Source: an uncultured bacterium
Lineage (GTDB): Bacteria > Desulfobacterota_D > UBA1144 > Nemesobacterales > UBA2774
Direction: 5' to 3'
Assembly: GCA_963825135.1 (NCBI GenBank)
Contig: CAWGRW010000009.1
Location: 448,001-512,000, forward strand
Length of the DNA stretch: 64,000 bases
Position 1 is the stretch's first letter. Each line of letters opens with the position of its first letter. The notes beneath the pieces are model-generated. The model was not told the DNA's origin. It searched no databases and worked only from the letters and a program-made list of their open reading frames with translations. This document shows positions 31,063-41,546 of the stretch, one piece after another. The position numbers were made by a program, and so were the translations under genes.

Positions 31063-32187
31063 ATGAAACCAGCGACTCTCGTAGTTGAAGACGGTACTGT
31101 TTTTGAGGGTTTCAGCTTCGGAGCCGAGGGTGAGGCCTATGGAGAGGTCGTATTCAACACCTCCATTACCGGCTACCAGGAGATAATCACCGACCCCTCC
31201 TACAACGGTCAGATAGTAACCATGACATACCCGGAAATCGGGAATTACGGGGTCAATACCGAGGACGTAGAATCGAGAAAGCCCTTCTTAAAGGCTCTGA
31301 TTGTTAAAGAATATTGGAAGGACCCCTCGAATTGGCGCTCCGGCGGCAGCCTTGGAGCATATCTCTCGGATAACGGTGTCGTGGGGTTGGAAGGGATAGA
31401 CACGAGGTCCCTCACGAAGCTCATACGCTCGAAAGGGGCCCAGAAAGCCGTAATATCGACTATAGAGTCCGACCCGAAGAAATTAATTAAAAAAGTACGC
31501 GCTTCACAGGGGATAGTGGGTATCGACCTGGTAACCGAGGTCAGCTGCGAGAACCCTTATAAGTGGGATGAAGGAACAGGGGCGTGGAGACCGGCGACTG
31601 AGAAACCGTCTGTGGACAGGAAGCGGTTCAGGGTGGCCGCGTACGATTACGGGCTCAAGCAAAATATACTGAGAAAGCTGGTCGACCACGGCTGCGACGT
31701 CTCGGTGGTCCCGTCGAGGACGCCTCCTCACGAAATACTCTCTATGAAGCCTGACGGAATATTCCTCTCGAACGGTCCCGGAGACCCGGCGGCGGTCGCA
31801 TACGCGGTCGAGAGCATAAGGACTCTTATAGGAAAGAAACCCATATTCGGAATCTGTCTCGGTCATCAGATACTGGGCCTCGCCCTGGGAGGATCGACAT
31901 ACAAGCTGAAATTCGGGCACAGGGGGGCGAACCAGCCGGTCAAGAACCTGAGAACCGGCAAGGTCGAGATCACCTCACAGAACCACGGTTTCGCCGTGGA
32001 CGCCGATAGTCTCGGAGGAGACGTCGAAATAACGCACATCAATCTGAACGACAATACGGTCGAAGGGCTGAGACACAGGGAGCATCCCGTGTTCTCGGTG
32101 CAGTACCACCCCGAGGCCTCGCCCGGCCCCCACGACTCGTCTTACCTGTTCGGGGAATTTATAACCTTCATGGAAGAAAACGGCTAA
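31063..32187 (+). CDS. carA: Carbamoyl-phosphate synthase small subunit
   Basis: [42 protein letters not shown]17-TATTTT at 31022-31050 favours start 31063. Confidence 0.97.
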   Translation: MKPATLVVEDGTVFEGFSFGAEGEAYGEVVFNTSITGYQEIITDPSYNGQIVTMTYPEIGNYGVNTEDVESRKPFLKALIVKEYWKDPSNWRSGGSLGAYLSDNGVVGLEGIDTRSLTKLIRSKGAQKAVISTIESDPKKLIKKVRASQGIVGIDLVTEVSCENPYKWDEGTGAWRPATEKPSVDRKRFRVAAYDYGLKQNILRKLVDHGCDVSVVPSRTPPHEILSMKPDGIFLSNGPGDPAAVAYAVESIRTLIGKKPIFGICLGHQILGLALGGSTYKLKFGHRGANQPVKNLRTGKVEITSQNHGFAVDADSLGGDVEITHINLNDNTVEGLRHREHPVFSVQYHPEASPGPHDSSYLFGEFITFMEENG

Positions 32188-32262
32188 GAGCGATCGGTCT
32201 CCGGTTTAATCCCGGCCGCGGAATTGAGTCTTATTGCTTAATGATGCACTCGACTTGAAAAC

Positions 32263-32618
32263 TCAGGGCGGCGGGTTTGGCTTAATGCTGTTTTGTACTA
32301 GTTCGCTATCTATACGTTCGGGTGATATGTTCTTGATATTTTTGATAAATTCCCTGTGTTTTTCAACATCCACAGGCTTGTGCCTGATCTGTTTCACTCG
32401 CGCGGATACTTTCCCAAGTAGTTATCATCATTTAAATTGACACTGGGGCGGATAGGCCTCGGCACAAATCCGCCCCCGCAATTCGGGCAGACATTCGACA
32501 GAATGTTCTCGACGCAGCTCTTGCAGAAGGTACATTCGAACGTACAAATCATCGCCTCCGTCGAGCAGGGGGGCAGGGGAGTATTGCAGTTTTCACACGT
32601 CGGTCTGAGCTCCAGCAT
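32263..32618 (-). CDS. DUF1272 Cys-rich protein (frameshift at about 32400)
   Basis: MLELRPTCENC...ICTFECTFC..C....CPNCGGGFVPRP; continues in another frame as VKQIRHKPVDVEKH..., stop at 32263. Confidence 0.8.
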
Positions 32619-32671
32619 CTTCTTCTCCTCACGGTGAGCCCGGGCTTCGATTCTTCATAACGTTATAACGT

Positions 32672-34276
32672 TTACGCCGCCCTCCGGTCGAGTACCTCCC
32701 TGACCGTCTTCTCCGCCTTGTCTATTCCGTCGATTGTCTCTCCGGATATAAGCTTAAGGGCTTCCTCCCCGATTTCGAGCGTTATATCGTAGTTCTTCCT
32801 CTTGTTTTTCTCGAACTCCGCGAGCGGGAATATTACGTTCTCGATAAACCTCGCGAACGCGCCCATCGTCCTCCTCCTGACCTTGCCGTAGCCCTTGACC
32901 ATGGAGCCGCTCTTCGCTACGAGACATCCGACCCTGTAATCGAGGGACGCATAGTATTTGACCGATTCGATGTACTTCTTTATCAACGCATGCTCTTTCC
33001 TGAACCGGAAGGAGTGTCTCCTCATGAACCTCATCTTGGTTAGGAACCAGAGCCTCGCGTACCCGGAGAATGACGAGGTGGTGGGGGTCTGACCGAATGT
33101 GAGTGGTTTTTTCCAGGGCCAGATTCTTTTGAATAACCCCGTCTCGGTGAAACGCACCGCCGGGGCGACAAGGAAATATGGGAGGAGTCCGTATAATTCC
33201 TCGGCGTCGGGCTTAAGGTAATCGATAACCTTGAAAACCTGGTCGTCCCTGAGCCTCATCTCCTCTTTAATCCTTTTGAACCTGTCCGATTTTATCTTGA
33301 GATCGGCCACCCTGATGCCGTCTTCGTAACTCATGAGGAGCGCGAGGTTCTTCGCGAAATACTCGGTTAGCCTGAACCCTCCCCCTTTCGATTTTTCGTC
33401 GATGTCAAAGACGGCCCTGACCTCTTCTAAATACGCATCGGCGTATTTCGCGTCCTGGTATTCAAGAAGCCTGAATACCGACTCGGCAAGTATCTCCCTG
33501 AGACTCACGGGGAATTCGGCTTCGAGCCTCGACACCCTTCCCAGATACCCTTCCCTCTCGTACTCCTCGAGCTTATCCGCCCTGTCCCGTATGTAGGTTT
33601 CCCATACTACAGACGACTTTTTCGATTCGGGGTTTGTTTGAGACAACACATGCTCGTATCCGACTTCGAACGCTTTTACGCTCGCCTTTGCCGCAACCCC
33701 CACCTTCTCGATCGCTTCGACGAACAGATCCCTGCCGAGCGGCAGCACGCCGGAAGCGGCGACGGCGCCCAGGAGGATAGCGTTCACCGCGAGCTCGTCC
33801 ATGCCGTTCTCCTTGGATAATTCCAGGGCGTCGAGCTCTATGAATCTCGATGAGAATGAGGAGGCTATTTTTCTCAGATTCTCGTCCGAGTATATGCCGC
33901 TTCCGACGGGCATTTTCTCGAGAGTCGAGAATACCCTGTGCGTGCTCGTAACTATGGTCGTTTTATCCGACCCGTAGCCCAATTGAAGCGCTCTGCCGAG
34001 CTCGAGGAATTCCTGCGAGATAATAATATCCACCTCGCCCGGGACCGGGAATTGCGCAAAAATAATCTGCTTGTTCCCCGAGGCCGGCCTGGGGTGCGCT
34101 TCCATGTAGTAAACCGTGGATCCCCCCCTCTGAGAGAGGCCGGGAAGGCTTATGCCCTGAACGTCGTAATTCTCGAGGAAGAACGTCTGAACCAGCCATT
34201 CCGTGAGCACCCCGCCGCCCTGTCCGCCGACGGCAGGGATTAATATTTTTATCAGTTCGCCCTTATTCTGCATCAT
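32672..34276 (-). CDS. iorB: Indolepyruvate:ferredoxin oxidoreductase beta-family subunit with long C-terminal extension
   Basis: AVGGQGGGVL, GLSQRGGST, NAILLGA; C-terminal LMSYED..RVA and VKGYG..R. Confidence 0.85.
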   Translation of the reverse strand: MMQNKGELIKILIPAVGGQGGGVLTEWLVQTFFLENYDVQGISLPGLSQRGGSTVYYMEAHPRPASGNKQIIFAQFPVPGEVDIIISQEFLELGRALQLGYGSDKTTIVTSTHRVFSTLEKMPVGSGIYSDENLRKIASSFSSRFIELDALELSKENGMDELAVNAILLGAVAASGVLPLGRDLFVEAIEKVGVAAKASVKAFEVGYEHVLSQTNPESKKSSVVWETYIRDRADKLEEYEREGYLGRVSRLEAEFPVSLREILAESVFRLLEYQDAKYADAYLEEVRAVFDIDEKSKGGGFRLTEYFAKNLALLMSYEDGIRVADLKIKSDRFKRIKEEMRLRDDQVFKVIDYLKPDAEELYGLLPYFLVAPAVRFTETGLFKRIWPWKKPLTFGQTPTTSSFSGYARLWFLTKMRFMRRHSFRFRKEHALIKKYIESVKYYASLDYRVGCLVAKSGSMVKGYGKVRRRTMGAFARFIENVIFPLAEFEKNKRKNYDITLEIGEEALKLISGETIDGIDKAEKTVREVLDRRAA

Positions 34277-34488
34277 AAATCGGTTAAATCCGTTTTCGAG
34301 ACATACTACAACAATTTTTACAGCTTCTACAATCTATATAGCATTTACAATAAATTCCATACATTAAACGAGAGAACGGAGAAATTTAAATATAAACACG
34401 ATGAGAGAAGCGAAGGGGTAAATGTCATTATCAGCCTCCCTTTAAAGGCGGATTTGATGATAAGAAGCCGGGACGATTAATAACTCGG

Positions 34489-36618
34489 TTAACCGGACCA
34501 GCCGTTGCGCGAAACCAGATGAAGCAGAGAACGGTTTATTTTGGCACCGAGGCGGTCGAAGAACGACGGGTTGTCTATTATCTCCACCCTGTAGAAGGAG
34601 GGGCATAATACCGCCGCGTGCGCTATCTCTCCGCAGAGCCCGCAGCCGACGCACGAATGCTCTATGTGCGCCACCGGGTCGTCCCTGAGTATCGTGGGAC
34701 TTTCCTTTAGCGTCAGCGAAGGGCACCCGCTAAACCTCATGCAAGAGTGGTCGCCGGTGCAGACGTCGGGGTCGACGCCTAATTTCTTCTGCACAATGCG
34801 TCTGCCGTCTTTTATATTCTTTTTCACAACTATCTTTTCTCTCCTGGTCTTCTCCAGCTGGCACTCACCCCTGGAAATAATAACCCTGAGACCTTCGTCC
34901 TCTTCATACGCTTCGCCAAGCACTTCAATGGATTCCTTGAGGTCGTAGGGATTGACCGTTTTAATCCACCTGACTCCCGCTCCCCTGAGCGCCTTCTCTA
35001 TGTCCATCCCCACGCCTTCCTGCCTCATGTTCTTGCCCGAGGCCGGGTTCTCGTGGTGCCCGGTCATCGAGGTCCAGAAATTCTCGAGAATAATCAATAT
35101 GGCGTTCTGGTTGTTATACACGGCGTTCGCGACGCTCGACGTAAGACCGCTGTGCCAGAAAGTCCCGTCCCCCATGAACGATATGAACCTCTTGTTCGCC
35201 ATTCTCGACAGCGCGCCTGCCGAAGCGAGACCTATGCCCATGCCGGTAATAGAATTGCTGAGGTCGAAAGGCGGGAGACCGCTCATTGAATAGCACCCTA
35301 TGTCGGAGGCGTAATACGACCTGCCGTAGTCCTCTTCGAGTATCTTGATCGCGGTGAATATGGGTCTTTCCGGACAACCCGTGCAGAAAACGGGATTCCT
35401 CTTCGTGACGGGCTGTTTTAAAAAGGTCGCGGCCCTGTCCTTGTGTTTCTCGGTGAATTCGCTTCTCTCTTTTATTCTCTCTATCTCGTAACCGGAGAGG
35501 GTATTTTTGAGCAGGAATTGACCCACCCCCTTCGCGATATGGTCGGGCGTATATTCCCCGGCCTGCGGAAGAATGTCCTTTCCGAATATATCGAGGCCGA
35601 GCTTCGCCCTCTGTGCGATGGCCCTTATCTGTTCTTCCATGAGATTGGGCATGCCCTCTTCGACGATGAGCACCGCTTTCTTGTCGCGGAGGAACAGTAT
35701 GATCTCCTCGGGCACGAGCGGGTTCGTTACGTTCAGGTTAAGTATAGGTATCCTGGATTCGCCGTACAGACTCGCCTCGCCAAGGTTATACAGGCACCTC
35801 ATAAGCGAGTTGTAAATCATCCCGTGAGTGATAATCCCCATGCTGCTCTCCGAGCCTTCGAAGAACTCATTGAGCTTCCTCTCGAGTATGAACCTCCTGG
35901 CGGCCGGGAGCCTCTCGTGGTATTTCTTCTTTTCGTGCTCAAAGGTGACCGGCGGCAGCGGTATCTTGTCGAGATCGGTTATGAGGTCCTCAAGCCTGTT
36001 AATCGTGCTTATTTTCGCGTCCTTGTTGTCCCGGCACGTCATCTTGTTCATGATGTGGGCCACCCTGGTGGACAACAGATACATGACAGGCATGTTAGAG
36101 TATTCCGAAAGCTCGAACCCGGCCTCGACCATCTTGGCAACGTGATCGAGGTCTCCCCTCGGATCGATCACTGCCATCGTTGACTTGAGTGCGAACGGCA
36201 GCGCCCTTTCGGCTACGCAGGTGCTGTCACAGCCGTAATCCTCTCCGACTATTATCAAGGCTCCGCCCGTAACGCCCGAGGACGATATATGGGAAAGTGC
36301 GTCGGAGGCGACGTTCGTACCGACGATCTTCCAGTTAACAGACCCGCGTATCGGATAGCTTATAGAGGCTGACAGGAGCGCCGCGGCGGACGCCTCGTTC
36401 CCGGAGCAGTCGAAATATATGCCTCTCTTTTTGAGCACCGGCTCGTACGCGTCGGAAATGACGTCGATGAGCCCGGCCGTGGGAGAGCCCGGATAACCCC
36501 CGAGGTAGCTCACCCCGGACTGGAGGAAAGCCTTTAGTATTGCAAGCGGCGTATCCCCGAAAAGGGTTTCCCCTTCGCCGTAATTCAACTGTTCGAGCAG
36601 TTCTTTAGAATAACCCAT
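34489..36618 (-). CDS. iorA: Indolepyruvate:ferredoxin oxidoreductase alpha subunit
   Basis: GGYPGSP, FCTGCPER, DIGCY, TPP motif GDGTFWHSG...N, C-terminal ferredoxin Cys motifs. Confidence 0.92.
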   Translation of the reverse strand: MGYSKELLEQLNYGEGETLFGDTPLAILKAFLQSGVSYLGGYPGSPTAGLIDVISDAYEPVLKKRGIYFDCSGNEASAAALLSASISYPIRGSVNWKIVGTNVASDALSHISSSGVTGGALIIVGEDYGCDSTCVAERALPFALKSTMAVIDPRGDLDHVAKMVEAGFELSEYSNMPVMYLLSTRVAHIMNKMTCRDNKDAKISTINRLEDLITDLDKIPLPPVTFEHEKKKYHERLPAARRFILERKLNEFFEGSESSMGIITHGMIYNSLMRCLYNLGEASLYGESRIPILNLNVTNPLVPEEIILFLRDKKAVLIVEEGMPNLMEEQIRAIAQRAKLGLDIFGKDILPQAGEYTPDHIAKGVGQFLLKNTLSGYEIERIKERSEFTEKHKDRAATFLKQPVTKRNPVFCTGCPERPIFTAIKILEEDYGRSYYASDIGCYSMSGLPPFDLSNSITGMGIGLASAGALSRMANKRFISFMGDGTFWHSGLTSSVANAVYNNQNAILIILENFWTSMTGHHENPASGKNMRQEGVGMDIEKALRGAGVRWIKTVNPYDLKESIEVLGEAYEEDEGLRVIISRGECQLEKTRREKIVVKKNIKDGRRIVQKKLGVDPDVCTGDHSCMRFSGCPSLTLKESPTILRDDPVAHIEHSCVGCGLCGEIAHAAVLCPSFYRVEIIDNPSFFDRLGAKINRSLLHLVSRNGWSG

Positions 36619-36722
36619 TACAACTCCCGCTCCGAAGCCAATTCAGAACCCCGGCGTCTATAATCTACCAGATACGGGGCGGATATACCAGACAAATAAC
36701 CGGCGGCCAATCCCCCTTACGC

Positions 36723-37193
36723 TCAATCCCGGGTTTCCAAACCGTCCCTTATCACAAAGAAATAATCTCTGAGAGCCTCTTCCTGCTCCCAGGTGACGAG
36801 ATGAAACGGCCTCCTCATCTTGACTACTTCGAGAGCCGTTCCAGGGTCGATTCTCATATTATGCATGAGAAAGCACGCGAGCATTAAATTCGTCCTCCCC
36901 ATACCGGCGTAGCAATGAACGGCAACCCGTCGACCGTCGGAGATTTGGGTGTTCACGAAATCGATGAATTCCCTGAAATCCTCGAGCGACGGCGCCCTGA
37001 AATCATTCACGGGGATATGTTTCACGATAAAGCCTTCATACTCCCTCGCGTGCTCCTTTTCCTCCAGGTTCACTATCGCGCCGATGCCCTCCCCCCTCAG
37101 GAATGCAAGGTCGTCGTCGTGTCCGTTTATGAGACCCGGCCTCTCCATTCCCGCGATAACGCCTTCCACGACCCACGAAAATCTTTCGGGCAC
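36723..37193 (-). CDS. Dual-specificity protein phosphatase family
   Basis: FSWV, PVNDFRAP, VHCYAGMGRT (CX5R); GTG start after AAGGAG. Confidence 0.88.
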   Translation of the reverse strand: MPERFSWVVEGVIAGMERPGLINGHDDDLAFLRGEGIGAIVNLEEKEHAREYEGFIVKHIPVNDFRAPSLEDFREFIDFVNTQISDGRRVAVHCYAGMGRTNLMLACFLMHNMRIDPGTALEVVKMRRPFHLVTWEQEEALRDYFFVIRDGLETRD

Positions 37194-37198
37194 AGTCT

Positions 37199-37897
37199 CT
37201 ATCTCCTTTTCTTTAGCTCCGCGACATAAATATCGGCCCGCCTTGTGGGTTCGGGTATCCTGTACCCCCTCGCGCATTCAAGGGCGATGTCCCTCGCCGA
37301 CTCAGGGTCGAGCTTATGGCCCGGAGAAACGAATACGGGCTTCGTATTATCCCTCGTCCTCAGGACCGAGCCTATCACTTCACCCTCCTTAGACAGTAAC
37401 GGGCTTGAGGAACCCCGTTTCTCACCGGGCTCGTCGTAAACGCCGTAAAGCCTCTTTTTGGCAATCCCCATCGCGGGTATATCGAGCAGAACGCCTACGT
37501 GGCATGCGATGCCGAATCCCCGGGGGTGGGCTATGCCCTGGCCGTCTATGATGAGGAGGTCGGGCCTCTGTTTCAGCCTTTTGAGCGTCTCGATGATGGC
37601 GGGCCCTTCCCTGAAAGCGAGCAAGCCCGGTATGTATGGGAATTTCTCGTCGCTGACGGTATAAACCCGCTCGATCTCCGTGAGGTCAGGATACGAAAAC
37701 AATATTATCCCGCAGACGAGCTTCTTCTCGCTTGTCAGAACGGAGAGATCCGCCCCCGCAACCGTTTTAAGCTCACCGGACCGCCTCTCTCTTATAACCC
37801 GCTTGCTTAACTCCTTCTGGACATCGAAGGCGCGGGAGACCGATAGGCCGCCTTCTCCGTAGATACGATGCAGGTCCCCGGGATCAGTGGCACCCAT
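37199..37897 (-). CDS. nfi: Endonuclease V
   Basis: AGADLS, FPYIPGLLAFRE, DGQGIAHPRGFGIACH, PVFVSPGH, IPEPTR. Confidence 0.95.
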   Translation of the reverse strand: MGATDPGDLHRIYGEGGLSVSRAFDVQKELSKRVIRERRSGELKTVAGADLSVLTSEKKLVCGIILFSYPDLTEIERVYTVSDEKFPYIPGLLAFREGPAIIETLKRLKQRPDLLIIDGQGIAHPRGFGIACHVGVLLDIPAMGIAKKRLYGVYDEPGEKRGSSSPLLSKEGEVIGSVLRTRDNTKPVFVSPGHKLDPESARDIALECARGYRIPEPTRRADIYVAELKKRR

Positions 37898-38135
37898 ATT
37901 TATCCCCTATCACCCTCTTGAATCTCGGGGCGTAAATAAGCTCGAAGGCGAGCTCTTTGCCCGGAAAGAGCCTGAGCGCAAAACCCCTGACCTTTTCAAA
38001 ATGATCGAGCGCCTCCTCGCGCGTCAGATTCGTCTGATACATGAGGGATATGGTCAAATCGACCATCAGGCGCAGAAGCCTGAGCTTCCTGTTTTCCTCG
38101 GCTATTTCTTCGGTTGTGGGAACGTGTTTATCCAT
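37884..38135 (-). CDS. Hypothetical protein
   Basis: 83 aa helical ORF overlapping the nfi start; LFPGKELAFELIYAPRF looks like a conserved motif. Confidence 0.7.
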   Translation of the reverse strand: MDKHVPTTEEIAEENRKLRLLRLMVDLTISLMYQTNLTREEALDHFEKVRGFALRLFPGKELAFELIYAPRFKRVIGDKYGCH

Positions 38136-38308
38136 CTTAATCGCCCCGAGCAGGCACGCTAATCATGACAATCCAGTATGAAAGTATACACGAACCGACA
38201 CCGGGAATTAACCAATCCCTTACGCACGCCGCGCCGTATGTATTTGTCCGCAACCATAAAATTCGGTAGAATCAAACGGCATCATCTAAAACCGCAAGGA
38301 TATACGAA

Positions 38309-39301
38309 ATGAAGCTCAGAATGGCTTTCGTCATGGACCCGGTAGAGACCATTAACACGGAGAAGGACACCACCTACGTCCTGATGCTCGAAGCTCAATC
38401 AAGGGGGCACGAGGTGCTTTACCTAGAGCTCAAAGACCTCTTCGTAAAAAATGCGAAGCCCTACGGCGCCGCCGCCCGCATAACCCTCAAGAGAGGCCCC
38501 GACTACTATAAGCTGGGCAAGAGGGAAACCGTCGAAATGGATAGTTTCGATGCGGTATGGATGCGGAAAGACCCGCCCTTCAACCAGGACTACATATACG
38601 CGACTTATATACTGAGCCTCATAGACCGGACCAAGACCAGGGTGATAAACGACCCGAGGGGCATAAGAGAGTCAAACGAGAAGCTCTACACGCTGTATTT
38701 CCCGGAATGGATACCGGACTCGGTCGTGACGAAAGATATAGCGCAGCTCAATAAGTTCCTGACCGAGGCCGGCGGGGAGATAGTAGTGAAGCCGCTCGAC
38801 GGCCACGGCGGCGAGGGGGTTTTCTACGTCCGTGAGGGCGACAGGAATTCGAACGTGATACTCGAGACCGTAACCAACTTTGGAAAACAGTACGTGCTCG
38901 CGCAGAGGTTCATAAAAGAAGTGAGCGAGGGAGACAAGAGGATCATACTCTTGAACGGAGAGCCCCTCGGTGCGGTATTGAGGGTGCCGAAGCCGGGCGG
39001 TGAATTCAGGTGCAATTTCCATTCGGGAGGAAGCCCGGCCAGGTCGGAGCTCACCGGGAGGGATCTCAATATTTGCGAGGCACTCGGCCCCAGGCTAAGG
39101 AAGGACGGCCTCTATTTCGTCGGCTTAGACGTCATCGGCGGGTACATAACCGAGATAAACACGACGAGCCCCACCGGGGTCCAGGAGATAAACAGGCTTA
39201 ACGGAGTGAAGCTCGAAACGGGCGTAATCGACTTCGCAGAGGAGCTCTGCTCGCGCTTAGGCCGTGATCGTTCCCCGCGCATACATGACGGGACGGAGTG
39301 A
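38309..39301 (+). CDS. gshB: Glutathione synthetase
   Basis: FVMDP, KDTT, MRKDPPF, NEKL, KPLDGHGG, GDKRI, TEINTTSPTG. Confidence 0.95.
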   Translation: MKLRMAFVMDPVETINTEKDTTYVLMLEAQSRGHEVLYLELKDLFVKNAKPYGAAARITLKRGPDYYKLGKRETVEMDSFDAVWMRKDPPFNQDYIYATYILSLIDRTKTRVINDPRGIRESNEKLYTLYFPEWIPDSVVTKDIAQLNKFLTEAGGEIVVKPLDGHGGEGVFYVREGDRNSNVILETVTNFGKQYVLAQRFIKEVSEGDKRIILLNGEPLGAVLRVPKPGGEFRCNFHSGGSPARSELTGRDLNICEALGPRLRKDGLYFVGLDVIGGYITEINTTSPTGVQEINRLNGVKLETGVIDFAEELCSRLGRDRSPRIHDGTE

Positions 39302-39314
39302 TAGGGAGGACGGA

Positions 39315-39605
39315 ATGAAAATCACGAGAGACGACGTTATCAAGGTCGCTGAGCTCGCGAGGCTCGAATTCAAAGAGGAAGAGCTCGGGAAATTCACGGA
39401 GCAGCTCGGGAATATACTTACGTACATCGGAAAGCTGAACGAGCTCGACACGAAAGACGTCGAGCCTACGTCCCACGTGCTCGATCTCGCAACGCCCCTC
39501 CGGGAAGACGCGGTTGAGGAATGGCTCACCGTCGGGGAAGCCCTGGCGAACGCTCCCGAGGAGGAGGACGGGTTCTTCGTCGTCCCTCAGGTAATTGAAG
39601 ACTAA
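39315..39605 (+). CDS. gatC: Asp/Glu-tRNA amidotransferase subunit C
   Basis: VIKVAELARLE...VEPTSH...LRED...NAP....FFVVPQVIE. Confidence 0.95.
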   Translation: MKITRDDVIKVAELARLEFKEEELGKFTEQLGNILTYIGKLNELDTKDVEPTSHVLDLATPLREDAVEEWLTVGEALANAPEEEDGFFVVPQVIED

Positions 39606-39617
39606 GGAGAGGATTGA

Positions 39618-41078
39618 ATGGAACTCCCGTTTTTATCGATAGGGGAAGCATCGAGGCTAATGAAGAAAAAGGAGATTTCCCCGAAGGATCTCACCGAGTC
39701 GGTTCTCGACAGGATCGAGAAGCTCGACGGAACGCTCAATTCCTACATCACGGTGATGGGGGAAAAGGCCCTGGATTCTGCAGTGATAGCCGAAGAGGAA
39801 ATCACCGCGGGCAGGTACCGGGGCCCACTTCACGGCATACCCCTCGGACTGAAAGACATATTCGTCATGAAGGGCGTCCCCGCGACGTGCGGCTCGAAGA
39901 TGCTCGAGAGCTTCGTCCCCCCCTACGACGCCACGGTAACGAAAAAACTTCTCGACGCCGGCGCGGTTATTCTCGGCAAGAACAACATGGACGAGTTCGC
40001 CATGGGCTCGTCGACCGAGACCTCTTATTTCGGCCCGACGAAGAACCCGTGGGACGTCGAGAGGGTCCCCGGAGGCTCGAGCGGCGGGTCGGCGGCGGCC
40101 ACGGCCGCTTCGCTATGCCTGGGGTCGGTAGGCACCGACACGGGCGGCTCCATCAGGCAGCCGGCCTCGTTCTGCGGCGTAGTAGGCATGAAGCCCACGT
40201 ACGGGCGCGTGAGCAGGTTCGGGATGATCGCGTTCGCGTCTTCACTCGACCAGGCGGGCCCCATAACCAAAACAGTCGAGGACACCGCTTTAATACTGAA
40301 TGCTATCTCCGGACATGATAGGAGAGATTCCACGTGCGTTAATACCCCGGCGCCAGATTATACGAAGAGCCTGAAAGAGGACATAAAGGGCGTGAAGGTG
40401 GGGGTGCCGAGGGAGTATTTCATCCCCGGCATGGACAGTGAGGTGGAAGACGCGGCGAAGAAGGCGATTTCGCTCGTCGAGGGCCTGGGAGCCGAGATCA
40501 TAGAGATATCCCTGCCCCACACGGAATACGCCGTCCTGACTTACTACATCATCGCCCCCTGTGAGGCGAGCTCGAACCTCGCGCGATACGACGGCGTGAA
40601 ATACGGCTTCCGCGCGGCAGACGCAAGTACGCTAAGGGACATGTATCTCAAGACCAGGGCCGAGGGGTTTGGCAACGAGGTCAAGAGAAGGATTATGCTG
40701 GGCACGTACGCGCTGTCCGCGGGCTACTACGACGCCTATTATCTCAAGGCCCAGAGGGTAAGGACCCTCATAAAAAGGGACTTCGACGAGGCTTTTGAAA
40801 AGGTCGATGTAATCATGGCCCCCACCGCGCCCGAAACGGCGTTCAGGTTCGGCGAAAAAACGGGCGACCCGATAAAGATGTATCTGTCCGACGTCCTGAC
40901 CATACCGTGCAACATCGCGGGGCTTCCGGGGATATCCGTACCCTGCGGATTTTCATCGGGCGGACTGCCGATAGGGATTCAGGTTCTCGGTAAGGCTTTT
41001 GACGAGGAATCGGTCATCCGGGTAGCGCACGCATACGAGCAGCACGCCGGATGGAAAGAAAGAAGGCCAGAGATTTAG
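39618..41078 (+). CDS. gatA: Asp/Glu-tRNA amidotransferase subunit A
   Basis: [41 protein letters not shown]. Confidence 0.97.
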   Translation: MELPFLSIGEASRLMKKKEISPKDLTESVLDRIEKLDGTLNSYITVMGEKALDSAVIAEEEITAGRYRGPLHGIPLGLKDIFVMKGVPATCGSKMLESFVPPYDATVTKKLLDAGAVILGKNNMDEFAMGSSTETSYFGPTKNPWDVERVPGGSSGGSAAATAASLCLGSVGTDTGGSIRQPASFCGVVGMKPTYGRVSRFGMIAFASSLDQAGPITKTVEDTALILNAISGHDRRDSTCVNTPAPDYTKSLKEDIKGVKVGVPREYFIPGMDSEVEDAAKKAISLVEGLGAEIIEISLPHTEYAVLTYYIIAPCEASSNLARYDGVKYGFRAADASTLRDMYLKTRAEGFGNEVKRRIMLGTYALSAGYYDAYYLKAQRVRTLIKRDFDEAFEKVDVIMAPTAPETAFRFGEKTGDPIKMYLSDVLTIPCNIAGLPGISVPCGFSSGGLPIGIQVLGKAFDEESVIRVAHAYEQHAGWKERRPEI

Positions 41079-41156
41079 GGCTGTTCGCGGGGAATGAAAA
41101 TTTTTTTCATCTCCGGTTAACAGTGTCCGGTAAAATTATAAGAGGGAGCGACCATA

Positions 41157-41354
41157 ATGACCGAAAAGAAGGAAAAGAAGAAGGTGTGCATGTTATGCGG
41201 GAAGCCGTCGGAGTCCTCTATCTGCGATGAGTGCAAGGCAAAGGTGCAAGGTGAAGCGGCGGGGGAGAAGCAAAGAATCGAGAAGCAGGCGAGAGTCGGC
41301 TCGGAAGTGGAGAAGGACAGGCTCGTGAAAAAGCATATAGACGGGAAAAAATGA
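41157..41354 (+). CDS. Small hypothetical protein with CxxC...CxxC
   Basis: CMLC-x8-CDEC; GAGGGAG RBS. Confidence 0.6.
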   Translation: MTEKKEKKKVCMLCGKPSESSICDECKAKVQGEAAGEKQRIEKQARVGSEVEKDRLVKKHIDGKK

Positions 41355-41380
41355 TTTTCCCGTCCCTGACAATAGAAGAT

Positions 41381-41407
41381 GAGATTCCGGATCGAGTCCG
41401 GAATGAC
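41381..41407. repeat. REP-like palindrome (GTCATTCC...GGAATC type on minus strand)
   Basis: GAGATTCCGGA-TCGAG-TCCGGAATGAC, perfect 8-bp stem. Confidence 0.65.
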
Positions 41408-41433
41408 GAATAAAAAAACCGGAAATGAGAAAT

Positions 41434-41466
41434 CCACCCTAACCCTCCTTTACGAAAGGAGGGAAT
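41434..41466. repeat. C-rich/G-rich REP-like hairpin
   Basis: CCACCCTAA-CCCTCCTTT-ACG-AAAGGAGGG-AAT, perfect 9-bp stem; related copy at 45914. Confidence 0.6.
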
Positions 41467-41546
41467 TGAAGGAAAAAGCAAATGATAGATTTCTCACGCT
41501 GTTCGAAAGGCACCCCCTCACACTCCCCCACATTTTTATTAATTAT

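Noticed and set aside
38309..41078. gshB-gatC-gatA linkage with gatB separate
   Set aside because: Split gat operons and incidental neighbours are common; no functional link evident
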